Assembly (NCBI RefSeq): GCF_902459465.1
Contig: NC_047072.1
Span: 11,966,001-12,030,000, forward strand
DNA from: Asterias rubens
Taxonomy: Eukaryota
Length of the DNA stretch: 64,000 nt
Reading direction: 5' to 3'
Part shown: in pieces, positions 39,701 through 49,187 of the stretch
How the letters are laid out: the number at the start of each line of letters is the position of its first letter
How positions within the stretch are numbered: position 1 is the first letter of the stretch
The notes under the pieces: generated by a model
Told to the model about the DNA's origin: nothing
Database searches by the model: none
The model's input: only the letters and a program-made list of their open reading frames with translations
Made by a program: the position numbers and the translations under genes

Positions 39701-39949
39701 TCTCAATATTCCCACTTTAGAATCTTGACGTCATCCGTTAATCAAGTTTGGTAATAGTCTTTGGTTCATCACTTACTACCTCCGGAGAGAAGTAAATTAA
39801 ACTAACCTGGGAATGGCTTTCAGGTCGTGGGTAACCTTATCGGGGATGTCACTCTTGCCCGAGGGCTCAAACCAAATTTCAAGAAGTTTCTCCGTACCCT
39901 CGTAGTGTGTCAGCTCACTCCCCGTGTCACGCATCCCAGAAAGGTCCAT
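27714..39949 (-). CDS. AMD1: S-adenosylmethionine decarboxylase proenzyme (340 aa). Exons 39949-39807, 38260-38174, 36591-36468, 35305-35203, 34833-34791, 34241-34187, 33523-33443, 31918-31826, 30283-30209, 28548-28468, 27851-27714
   Basis: Exon lengths sum to 1023 nt in one open frame. Motifs [21 protein letters not shown] (pyruvoyl self-cleavage site, E78/S79), [47 protein letters not shown]. Confidence 0.96.
28052..28432 (+). mobile_element. Kolobok-type MITE, family A
   Basis: TTAA flanks; near-identical to other family A copies; in AMD1 last intron. Confidence 0.85.
28640..29235. mobile_element. Kolobok-type MITE, family G, with an inserted poly(A)-tailed fragment (about 28800-29025)
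   Basis: TTAA|AGGGTCTATGTACTTTTTGTAGGACAAAAAACACAATGTCCACAGATTTACATTAAACTTACA and its inverted copy at the far end. Confidence 0.75.
29625..30028 (+). mobile_element. Kolobok-type MITE, family A variant
   Basis: TTAA flanks; same termini, different internal palindrome block. Confidence 0.75.
31965..32540 (-). mobile_element. Probable L2/SINE 3' fragment in an AMD1 intron
   Basis: Minus strand ends with GTAAAGCACCTTGGGAG..GCTCTAAATAAAT..(TTA)n, an L2-type tail; body unassigned. Confidence 0.45.
32546..32956 (+). mobile_element. Kolobok-type MITE, family A
   Basis: TTAA flanks; internal segment 32645-32690 resembles the family core in the opposite orientation. Confidence 0.8.
33059..33349 (-). 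repeat. Interspersed repeat with internal tRNA-like core and TTAAATTTGCATC direct repeats
   Basis: B box GGTTCGAATCC and oligo-T on minus. Other copies near 31490-31670, 36615-36735, 37585-37735, 46788-46900, 55090-55280 and 60955-61080. Confidence 0.7.
33524..34186 (-). other. AMD1: U12-type (minor spliceosome) AT-AC intron in AMD1, 663 nt, phase 0
   Basis: 5' site ATATCCTTT at 34186-34178, branch-like CCTTGAC at 33543-33537, 3' end TTTGCAC. Splicing joins PDQTLE to ILMTNLDP; unspliced read-through stops 8 codons into the intron. Confidence 0.93.
35618..36017. mobile_element. hAT-like MITE with 8-bp TSD TTGGTACC
   Basis: TIR TAAGCTTGGGC(A/G)ATATC; subterminal CGATAT repeats; TSD at 35610-35617 and 36018-36025. 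Confidence 0.85.
36760..37153. mobile_element. Kolobok-type MITE, family G
   Basis: Right end ...AAAAGTACATATACCCT|TTAA, with the TTAA shared by the adjacent family A copy. Confidence 0.7.
37158..37535 (+). mobile_element. Kolobok-type MITE, family A
   Basis: Starts at the TTAA shared with the preceding element; right TSD reads TTCA. Confidence 0.85.
37760..37947. mobile_element. PIF/Harbinger-like MITE, family H
   Basis: TIR AGCCCGGTTCATACTTCCTG / CAGGAAGTATGAACCGGGT; TAA and TTA flanks. Partial copy near 51855-51916. Confidence 0.75.
38797..39174 (+). mobile_element. Kolobok-type MITE, family A
   Basis: TTAA flanks and family TIR. Confidence 0.85.
39359..39675 (+). mobile_element. tRNA-derived SINE with LINE-homologous 3' tail and poly(A)
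   Basis: A box TGGCCGAGCGG, B-box-like GGTTTGAATCC, central block GGACTGTAAAAGGGGTAACCCTG, tail TGTAGCCC..GACTTGCATAAAAA. Headless reverse copy at 51256-51482; diverged copy at 63720-64000. Confidence 0.8.
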
Positions 39950-39957
39950 CTTGGCAT
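39910..39957 (-). other. Overlapping upstream ORF of AMD1, [15 protein letters not shown]
   Basis: ATG 8 nt upstream of the main ATG, out of frame, stop TGA at 39912-39910 inside the AMD1 CDS. The ORF is seen in the sequence; its translation is not demonstrated. Confidence 0.6.
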
Positions 39958-40234
39958 GACAGGGGGCGCTCTCTCCACAGGGTGTTTAGGCAACGCCGTG
40001 ATGAAAATTCTGTCTGAGAGAACGAGGTCAAACTGTTTTTTAAATAATTGCATTTTTTTCTCTAAAGGTGTAAAGGATTGGTAGAGTTGACAAAAATAAT
40101 CAAAGTTATCCTGTTTTTGGGGATCAACCATACATGAAATAACAAACTTGTAACAGTTTTGAAATAATCTGCTGTGAGAGTCGAGGCACTGTAAAGATGG
40201 AACATCAAGTTAGAAGTGGTACAATTCTGTTACA

Positions 40235-40613
40235 AGACAGTGTACACTATTGGTAATTGTCAAAGACCAGTCTTCTCACTTGGTGTATCTCAACATATGC
40301 ATAAAATAACAAACCTGTGAAAATTTGAGCTCGATCGGTCGTCGGAGTTGCGAGATAACTATGAAAGAAAAAAACACCCGTCTCACACGAAACTGTGTGC
40401 ATTTAGATGCTTGATTTCGAGACCTCAAGTTCTAAACTTGAGGTCTCAAAATCAAATTTGTGGAAAATTACTTCTTTCTCCAAAACTACATCACTTCAGA
40501 GGGAGCCGTTTCTCATAATGTTTTATACTATCAACCTCTCCCCATTACTCGTTATCAAGTAAGGTTTGATGACAATAATTATTTTGAGTAATTACCAATA
40601 GTGTCCACTGCCT
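40235..40613 (+). mobile_element. Kolobok-type MITE, family A
   Basis: Family TIRs; right TTAA intact. Confidence 0.85.
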
Positions 40614-40720
40614 TTAAGGGCATGTACCAGTGCTTCGCTTCGTTTTTGAATCAGCAAGGGCACCTTAGTAAAGGGTAAGGGTTGAATTTACATTTTACAG
40701 AAAGAAATGGTTCTATTTAA

Positions 40721-41084
40721 AGCCATTGGAGACTTTCGGTAAACAGTATTGTCCAAAGGCCCACACTTCATGTATCACAACTTATATATAAAATAACAAA
40801 CCTGTGAAAATTTAGGCTCAACCGGTCATCGGAGTCGGGAAAAAATTTCGGGAAAACCAACCATTGTTTCCGCACGCTCGCCGTGTCATGACATGTGTTT
40901 AAAATAAATCCATAATTCTCGATATCGAGAATTGATAATTGGTTTAATGTTTTCTCAAAAAGTAAAGCATTTCATGGAATAATACTTCAAAAGAAGTCTT
41001 TCGCCATTACCTTCTGTAAACACTGTAAGTTATTTGTAAATTTGTGAACTTTTTTTGTTTCTGTTCCGAAAATGTGCAATGGCT
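40721..41084. mobile_element. Kolobok-type MITE, family B
   Basis: TTAA flanks; homologous to 2643-3010 in opposite orientation. Confidence 0.8.
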
Positions 41085-41519
41085 TTAAAATTTATGACCA
41101 CATAGGGCCTAATCAGTAGTCTTTCAGACTAAAATTAAACATTGATGTTTGTTATTCCCCTGAATCCTGTATTTTTTATATCAAAGGCACCTTGGCCAAC
41201 AGATTTGGAGCAGTATTCAAGGTGAGCAGATGAATTGCTGTGTCACATAGTTCATGGCAAGCTTTTAAAAGCGAATACCTTCATACAATTTGGAATGAAT
41301 GATTTACCAGGGCACCTAGGTCTGTTCATTTGGGATGGGCTATACATACAAGGTGTCATGGCCGAGCGGTTTAGAGCCTTAATCTCAAGTTCTGATTGTT
41401 CAGTCAAACACTGGTTATTTTCAGAACACTTCTCAAAATGAGATTTTCACATGGTGAAAAACCTGACCTAGTTTTCTAGGCCTATACATAGTTCAGTCCT
41501 ATTCGTTATTGTATTTTAA

Positions 41520-42700
41520 AGGGTCTATGTACTTTTTGTAGGACAAAAAACACAATGTCACAGATTCACATAAACTTACACCGTTTGAAGATAACGATAG
41601 TAGAAAGCTTCCCTGAAAATATTACTTGCTGAGGTGCTGTAGTTTTTGGGAAATTAGTAAAACAATGTCAAAAAATAATTTTCGTCTCATTGATCATGAG
41701 ACGAAAATTAATTTAGCATGTAAAAACGTATTTTCATTACATTTTTTTACTCATTTCTCAAAAACTACAGCACCTCAGCAACTAATATTTAAAGGTATGC
41801 TTTCTACTATCATTAGCGAGGTTTCGCAACGTACGGATACACATACAGATACCGATACGTCGACACTTTGTGTGTTTACGTGACGCGTATCCGCGACTCC
41901 CGTATTTTGCATACACGTTACCAACTGATACGGGAGCTCATACATGTCGTAGAAAAACGGATACTGTTTTGCAGACGTTAAGCTGTATTTTTGTCCCAGA
42001 TGAAAAACATTTTCCAGGGAATTATTTACACTGGTATCGTGCTTGCTATAGACAGAAAATTGTTAGTCATTTGCAAGCAAAACGATGAAAAAGTGCAGTG
42101 TATAAAACCATGATAAAACACAGGGTCTCTAACGGTCATGTTTGTCAGAAAAACACTCATGATGAATGCGAGCGCACTCAAGTGAAACATTTACCTATAG
42201 TTTGCCAAACAAAATCCAACACTCGGCTGGCGTGAATGGATACGGTTATCATATCCGTATCTGTATCTGTATCCGTACGCTTGCGAAACCTCTCTAATAT
42301 CTTCAAATGGTGTAAGTAGAATGTGAATCTAAGGACATTGTGTTTCAAATGTGTTTCAAAAAGTACCCGGATCCTTTTCAAGGATTTACATTAAACTTAC
42401 AGCGTTTGCTTCCCTTCAAATATTACTAACTGATGTTCTGTAGTTTTTGAGAAATGTAAAATCCCAATAACCAGTTATGATTTTATATCATAACCATAGC
42501 ATAACTGGTTAATACGTTTTTTACATGCTAAAACTGAGACGAAAATTATTTGTTTTAACTCATTTCTCAAAAACTACAGCACCTCAGTAAGTAAAATTTC
42601 AAGGGAAGCTTTCTACTATCATAATCTTCAAACTGTGCAAGTTTAATGTAAATCTGTGGACCTTGTGTTTTGTGTTAGGAAAAAGTACATAATATACCCT
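41520..42700. mobile_element. Cluster of family G Kolobok-type MITEs with a nested TAG...CTA (hAT-like) element at about 41815-42295
   Basis: Family G termini at 41520 and 42700. Nested TIR TAGCGAGGTTTCGCAACGTACGGATAC / GTATCCGTACGCTTGCGAAACCTCTCTA interrupts the family G sequence. Confidence 0.7.
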
Positions 42701-42921
42701 TTAAGGTGAATAGGGCTGTATTATGTACTGTGTGTCAGAGTATTGTTGTGTTAGGCTCATTGACTCCATGCCCAAAATAGAATTCTTTCAGACCCAAGCA
42801 GTGCTGTAGCCAGACCATTTTTAGTGGTAGGCGCTAGTCTAAATCAAATTTAGTCCACTGAGGGCGAGCGGGTCAACAAAATTATTTTGATATTGTTTTG
42901 ATATGGGGGCCATCATTTTGC

Positions 42922-43568
42922 GGTCCTACTAAAAGCCGACAACTCGCCGACAACGCCGACAACAAGTCCAGAGCGCCGACAACTCGCCGCCAACAAGTTT
43001 TAATTACCTCAAAAATGGCCAATAAACCATAGATGTATTAGAACTATATGTGTTCTGTAATATAAACATAAAGTTAATGGAAAAACTTCACAAAAAGTGT
43101 GAATTTTTAACCAGAAAAAAACTTCACTTGCACGAAAAGCGGTCGGACGCCATCTTGGCTTAAAAAACGTGTTTGGACCAGACCATTATGATACGGGTAG
43201 ATTTAGCACTTGTCAACAACAGAGGGCGGGCTTCATGTGAAGACCTTCACTGCAGTGTGCACAGTGCATGACGCCCGCCCTCTATTGCTAAGTCTGACTC
43301 ACCCGCATCGTAATGGACTGGTCCGAACACGATTTTAAGCCAAGATGGCGTCCGACCGTTTTCCGTGAACGTTTCTGGTTAAAAATTCACACTTTTCGTG
43401 AAGTTTTTCCATTAAATTTATGATTATATTACAGAACACATATAGTTCTAATACATCTATGGTATATTGGCAATTTTCGAGGTAATTAAAACTTGTTGGC
43501 GGCGAGTTGTCGGCGCTCTGGACTTGTTGTCGGCGTTGTCGGCGAGTTGTCGGCTTTTAGTAGGACCC
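42922..43568. mobile_element. Foldback (Mutator-like) element, almost entirely palindromic, 9-bp TSD TCATTTTGC
   Basis: About 300-bp inverted arms with GCCGACAAC subrepeats; direct repeat at 42913-42921 and 43569-43577. Confidence 0.8.
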
Positions 43569-43994
43569 TCATTTTGCTGTGCAATCTGGGGGAAATCTGT
43601 GCTGGCTGGGAAGCACAGTGTATTCTGCTCAGAGTGCTCGGTAAAATTTGTTAGTTCTTGGCAGGTCTGCCTAGCACCGCCCATCGTGGCTACAACACTG
43701 GACCCAAGTACCTTTGTATATAGTGGCCCTGCTGAAGGGACATTCAAACAATACACTGTACTGCATATTTACATGAAAACCAAGTGAATATTCACGGTTT
43801 TCGCCCTGAATCGCAAAAATTCACTTAAATATTCACATGAATATTTGCAATTTAAGCCACAATCGCAAATATTAACATAAATATTAACGTAAAAAATTTT
43901 GATGTGTGCCCCAACAAATCACAAATATTCACATAAACCACAATCGCAAATATTAACATAAATATTATTATTAATATTAGCGTAAACAATTTTG

Positions 43995-44127
43995 GGAAAA
44001 GTTTCCGTATGGTGCCACCACTTTTTCATTCGATATGAAATAATATAGTATCTAATTTACCTCAATGAGATATCCCTTTTTCTAAAAAATGAGTGAAAAA
44101 GTGGTGGCGCCATACGGAAAGTTATCC
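43995..44127. mobile_element. GG...CC MITE with 8-bp TSD CAATTTTG, inserted in a CAATCGCAAATATTCACATAAA tandem tract (about 43800-44175)
   Basis: Exact TSD at 43987-43994 and 44128-44135. Further copies at 44380-44501 and 45911-46050 without a clean TSD. Confidence 0.85.
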
Positions 44128-44679
44128 CAATTTTGATGTGTGCCCCAACAAATCGCAAATATTCACATAAATAATTGTGATTTGTGCTCCCCACTCAATC
44201 AAGCGTATAAATAAAGAAAACAATCTCACCAACTGCACCAACCAATCAGTAATCCACAGTTTAATTTTGACAAACAAATTAAAAATTGTCATGCCCTTGG
44301 CCTTGTCATGCTTGTGAAACAAGAAAAAGTAGGCCTACGCCCCCCCCCCCCCCCCCTATGCAAAAAATACAAATCGTCTGGAAAAGTTTCCGGATGGCGC
44401 CACCACTTTTTCATTCGATATGAAATAATATAGTATCTAATTTACCTCAATGAGAATCCCTTTTTGTAAAAAAAGTGGTGGCGCCATACGGAAAGTTATC
44501 CAAAAAAATATCCTACTCCAAACCACAGCTTCATTGATAGAGTAGAGGATGGAGGACGGAAATGAATGGATCACCTTTGGAGGTAGAATTCTATTTCGAC
44601 CTCGGGATCGCCAAGATAAAATTACAAGAATCAGGATGGCATGTCAAAATTGTCAGTCATTTGGTAAGAAAATACTCAC

Positions 44680-44900
44680 GTAAAACAGCAAACGAAACAG
44701 AATTCAATGATGAGTGAGGAAACCGTATAAAAAAATTGTAATGCCGTATACGACAAGTAGATACTCAGTAACTTTAAAAGAGTAAAAGCCAGTTAGAATA
44801 AAACTTATGTTGTTCCAATCCAAGCTGCTTGCCCTAGAGCAGCGCAGCGCATGTGTGTGTGTGGTGTGACGAGTTAGCAGTCGAAAGCATTCATTTACCG
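44680..44900 (-). other. AMD1: Putative non-coding first exon of AMD1
   Basis: Strong donor GTGAGTAT at 44679-44672 on minus, next to a CpG-rich promoter-like region. Matching acceptor TTCTCTCAG at 40014 (alternative at 40010). TSS uncertain. Confidence 0.55.
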
Positions 44901-45700
44901 TGTGTGTACGGTGTGTGACGGATATGTAACAGCGCCCTCTGGCAACCAATTATAAGCGCGCTTTCAACAAAAATAGAAAACGACGGGAAATGCGCATTAA
45001 AGATGGTCCAGCAAATTTCACGCATTTCTATATTGCGCGAACTTCTGAGTACCCACTGTTGATTATTCAGTGATATTTTATTTAAATGATGGTCGTGTGT
45101 GATGTTTGACGAAAGTCTATAGCTCCTCAAACTTCATCACATTTCCAGCGATCCTGTCACCTTAAAAAGTTGAGGGCGCTTGTCCTTTTTAGCAGAAGGT
45201 CATGTCCCGAACGTGTTTATATAGTGAGGAAATTTACAAGGTACTTGGCACCAGACTAAGTAAGGTAATAATTGCCCGTTTTCGAAATTACGGCTTTACC
45301 TGGGAGTCACCTCAGGCTCCGCCGGATATTCTGAAGATGCACGCTTATCTTGCGGGGCTTCAAGCATGCAGACGAATACCAAGCAAAAGCCAAAGCCGAG
45401 TGTTAGCCGTAGTTTCGAAAAGTGTTTATGCATTGCACCAAAACATTGATGTTGACCGATGACGCACAGTCACGATAGGGATTGTTTTTTGTTGCTATAA
45501 TGACATCATTTCTTAGCTCGAAAAGAACGATTTAAAAACTCATTTATACGAATCGGTAAGTAACAGTAACAAGGACAATTGTTATATTTTATTTTAAATT
45601 GTTGCATAAGTTGTTAAGTTATTTAGATCTTCAATTTCAATAAAAGTACAATTTCTTCCTGCTTTTGTGTTTTTGTTTCTCGATCAGCTCAGCTGTGTGT
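44900..45700. promoter_or_regulatory. Head-to-head promoter region between AMD1 and CHMP1B
   Basis: CpG-enriched segment under 1 kb between the inferred AMD1 leader exon and the CHMP1B leader; GAGGGCGCT-type motifs at 44931 and 45171. Confidence 0.55.
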
Positions 45701-45854
45701 GGTGATTCTGTTTACATTTTTTACTAAAAAGTAAAACAAAACAAAATACAGCACCGACAAAGAAGAACAGAAGTCCGGGTTCCTGCAAGTGCGAGCAAGA
45801 AGTTAGGATTTTTTCTTCTCAATCAACAATCAAGAAAGTGAAATTGTCACCAAA

Positions 45855-48800
45855 ATGTCTGCTTTGGAAAGTATCCTTCTTAAAATTTGTTAAATATGAT
45901 TTGAAAACTTGGAAAAGTTTCCGGGTTCCGTATGGCGCCACCACTTTTTCATTCGATATGAAATAAAACAGTATCTAATTAACCTCAATGAGATATCCCT
46001 TTTTGTAAAAATTAGTGAAAAAAGTGGTGGCGCCATACAGAAATCTATCCGAAAATGGACAAGTATAACTATATGCTATTATAGTCATAAAAAAGTGTTT
46101 TATTTATTAATTTTGTAAACCAACATTCAAAACAACTGTTTTTTATAAAAGCCATGGTGATTGAAAATTTTGCTCTTTGTGAAAAAGGCAAATTACAAAG
46201 TTCTTGTTCCATGCTCAGCCAAATGTAACATTTTATTTATGATTTTGTGTATGCCATTTGAACAATTTTTTTAACAATATGTAAATATTCTTTTGTTTTG
46301 TAATGTATGTGTACCTTTTTAAATCAACAACAACAAATAATGTTAATTAAGAAATAAGAAAACAGATTCTAAAACGATTTTGTACATATGTACCATTGGA
46401 TTGTTTAAGAAATACAAAACTCAACATACCCAACCCCAAAAGAGAAATATTTATTTTTCTTAACAAGTTTTCTTCAGAGAATCTTTTCAACCTGAAATTT
46501 GCTGCAAAGCAAATGGAGCGCAGCTCAAAGAAATGTGAAAAAGATGAAAGGGTAGAAAAAGGGAAACTCAAAAAGGTAAGTTTTATTTTGACGATTCTGA
46601 ATTTTAATGGTTCCCTCTCTTTCCAATACGCAAGAGATCAGTCTTCCAGAGGCTGACACTTCAGAACAATTAAAAACCCAGGTGAAAACATATTTATATC
46701 TGTTGAATTTGTACAAATTGTTAATTTTTTGTTTACAGCGCTTTGGGACCTATTGGTGGTATGCCCTTAAGAAGTGTCCATTAACACTAAATTTGCATCT
46801 GCTCTAGAAATGGCAAAGGTCGTGGGTTCGAATCAAGTAATATACCTGTGGAATTAATCTTTTTTTCACTAGAATCAAGAAAGTACAGAGTATACAGTGC
46901 TTTACACACATGTTTTGAAAAGAACTGTAAACACGGAAAGAAGTTTTTCTCTTTTCTGATCCAATATTTTTTAGGCAATTCAGAAAGGGAACTCAGAGGG
47001 AGCCCGCATCCATGCAGAGAACGCCATCCGACAGAAGAACCAGTGTTTGAACTACATGAGAATGGCGTCGCGTATTGATGCGGTATCCCAACGTGTACAG
47101 ACTGCGGTCACAACGAGACAAGTCACAAAGTCCATGGCTGGTGTCGTCAAATCTATGGAAAGTGCTTTGAAGTCTATGAACTTAGAAAAAGTGAGTTACC
47201 AAACTGAATCACTGAAATTATAAATGGAGCATCTCGCAAGTCTTTGCATTAGATTTTAAAAGTCTCTGCAGAAGATCTTGTATGCCTCTACAGAAGATCT
47301 TAGAAGACTATGTAGAGGATCTTAAAGGTCTCTGCAGAACATCTTACAGATCGCTGCAGAGCATCTTACAGGTCTCTGCAGAAGATCGTACCTCTCTGCA
47401 GTAGATCTTACAAGTGTCAGTAGAACATCTTTAGAAGTCTTTGCAGAACATCTTACAAATCTCTGCAGAAGATCTTAGAAGATCTATCATTTATATCTAC
47501 CTGTATTACTATAATATTGGGAAAATGTTTTGTGGAAATAAATGTATATTGAATTGAATTGAATTGAATTGAAGTCTGATGTAGATGATCTTAAAAGTCT
47601 CTGCAGAGCATCTTACAAGCCTCTGTAGAACATCCTACAGATCTCTGCAGAACATCCTACAGATCTTTGCAGAAGATCTTATAAGTTTCTGCAGAAGATC
47701 TTACAAGTCTCTGCAAAAGATCTTACAAGTCTCTGCTGAATATCTTACTTATCCAAAGCCTGAACTATCTATCCCTATGGTGGCAGTCTCCCTATGTTGT
47801 CAATGTTTTGGTGGTGCCAGGCAGAACTTAAGAAGCCATTCAACCTGTTATTTCCATAGCCATGGTTCGCACCCAAGTTTATGGTACAACCTGCAGGCTT
47901 CAATTTCATAGAGCTGCTAAGCACAAAAATTTGCTTAGCATGAAATTTCTTCCTTGATAAAAACAGGATTACCAACAAAATTTACATTTGTTGCATATTG
48001 CTTGGTACTTGTATTCAGCTGTTGTTTGATTATCCTGAAAATCACGTGGAAATTTGGTTGAGAAATCCTGTTTTTATCACGGCAAAATTTCATGCTAAGC
48101 AATTGTTTGTGCTTAGCAGCTCTATGAAATTGGGCCCTTGGAAGCACTTGCTTCGCAGGTTCAAATCTCCCTCTAATAAATTTGTCATTATTCAACCCTA
48201 AATTTCTTTAAAAAAACTTACCCAGTCAGTTTTCACTGTGGTTTATTTACTTGTTCATTATACTTCTTATACAAGGTTACAAAAATCATGGACCAATTTG
48301 AGAAGCAATTTGAGAGTTTGGACGTACAGACGGCAGTGATGGATGATGCAATGGCGGGAACAACAACGTTGAATGTCCCAGAGGCACAGGTCGACACATT
48401 GATGCAAGAAGTGGCTGACGAAGCAGGGTAAAGTATCAGATTAAACATGACCTTTAATAATTGGTATTATTGCGCTTTATACACCCTCAGGCATGTACGC
48501 TTCGTTTTTGGAAGGAAAAAAGCACAGAGGCATTTTTTTTTGGGGGGGGGGGGGGGTAAAGGGCACCCTATGAGGAAGTTGTAAATTTCTACTTTAGCAT
48601 TTCAAGAGCACCTTTGTTGCCTCTGTGAAGTATCAGGCCTGCACCCAAATGGCGTCTCGAAACGCTTCCAGCATTATTACCCCTGGTCACTGGGCCATTT
48701 TAGCTCCCTGGAGAGTATACAGACTGTGCAACAAATATGCACTACTAAGCCAAATCAACCACAGGAACCATCTCTGCCCATACCGTTTATGCTTACAAAC

Positions 48801-49187
48801 AATTTATGCTTACCAGAATAAGGTTACCAGCTGAGCAAAATACCATGTCACATGTACAATTTGTGGCTAGTTTCCTGCAAATTTTTACTTAGCAAAAAAT
48901 GTGTAAGCAAACTGTTTGCTTAAGCAGCTCTATGAAATTAGGCCCGGTCTTTGACAATCGCCCAACCTGTCAGGTGTTTATAAGGTGAGGTATACATTTG
49001 GTAATCACTCTTAAGATTTAATGACAAATGAAAACTTAAATTTTTATTATTATGTGCTTTATCATTTAGACTGGATCTGAATATGGAGCTACCATCAGGA
49101 CAGACAACAGCCTTAGCCGGGGCCAGCGCAGCGTCTATGGAACAAGATGAACTGTCACAGAGACTAGCCCAGCTGAGAAATCAATAA
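45855..49187 (+). CDS. CHMP1B: Charged multivesicular body protein 1B-like (ESCRT-III, Snf7 family), 199 aa. Exons 45855-45870, 46478-46575, 46975-47190, 48276-48427, 49070-49187
   Basis: [27 protein letters not shown]...[14 protein letters not shown]...VQTAVT...[13 protein letters not shown]. 600 nt in frame. The N-terminus and [17 protein letters not shown] motifs are CHMP1B-type rather than CHMP1A-type. Confidence 0.94.
45871..46477 (+). other. CHMP1B: U12-type GT-AG intron 1 of CHMP1B
   Basis: 5' site GTATCCTTCT at 45871; branch-like TTCTTAAC at 46457-46464, 13 nt before the end of the intron; acceptor TTCAG. Confidence 0.88.
47245..47750. repeat. About 22-bp minisatellite (GAAGATCTTACAAGTCTCTGCA) in CHMP1B intron 3, split by an (ATTGA)n-tailed insert
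   Basis: Two blocks, 47245-47485 and 47585-47750; intervening AATAAA plus (GAATT)n tail. Confidence 0.85.
47894..48137. mobile_element. MITE family F (GGCCCAATTTCATAGAGCTGCT TIR)
   Basis: Inverted ends TTCATAGAGCTGCTAAGCACAAA / TTTGTGCTTAGCAGCTCTATGAA. Related copies or fragments near 5243-5510, 13015-13240, 48830-48946, 55740-55840 and 57330-57380. Confidence 0.75.

Noticed and set aside
44704-44949. 81-aa minus-strand ORF over the AMD1 leader as a long uORF
   Set aside because: Its ATG lies upstream of the CTCF-like motif and probably of the TSS, and it crosses a CA microsatellite.
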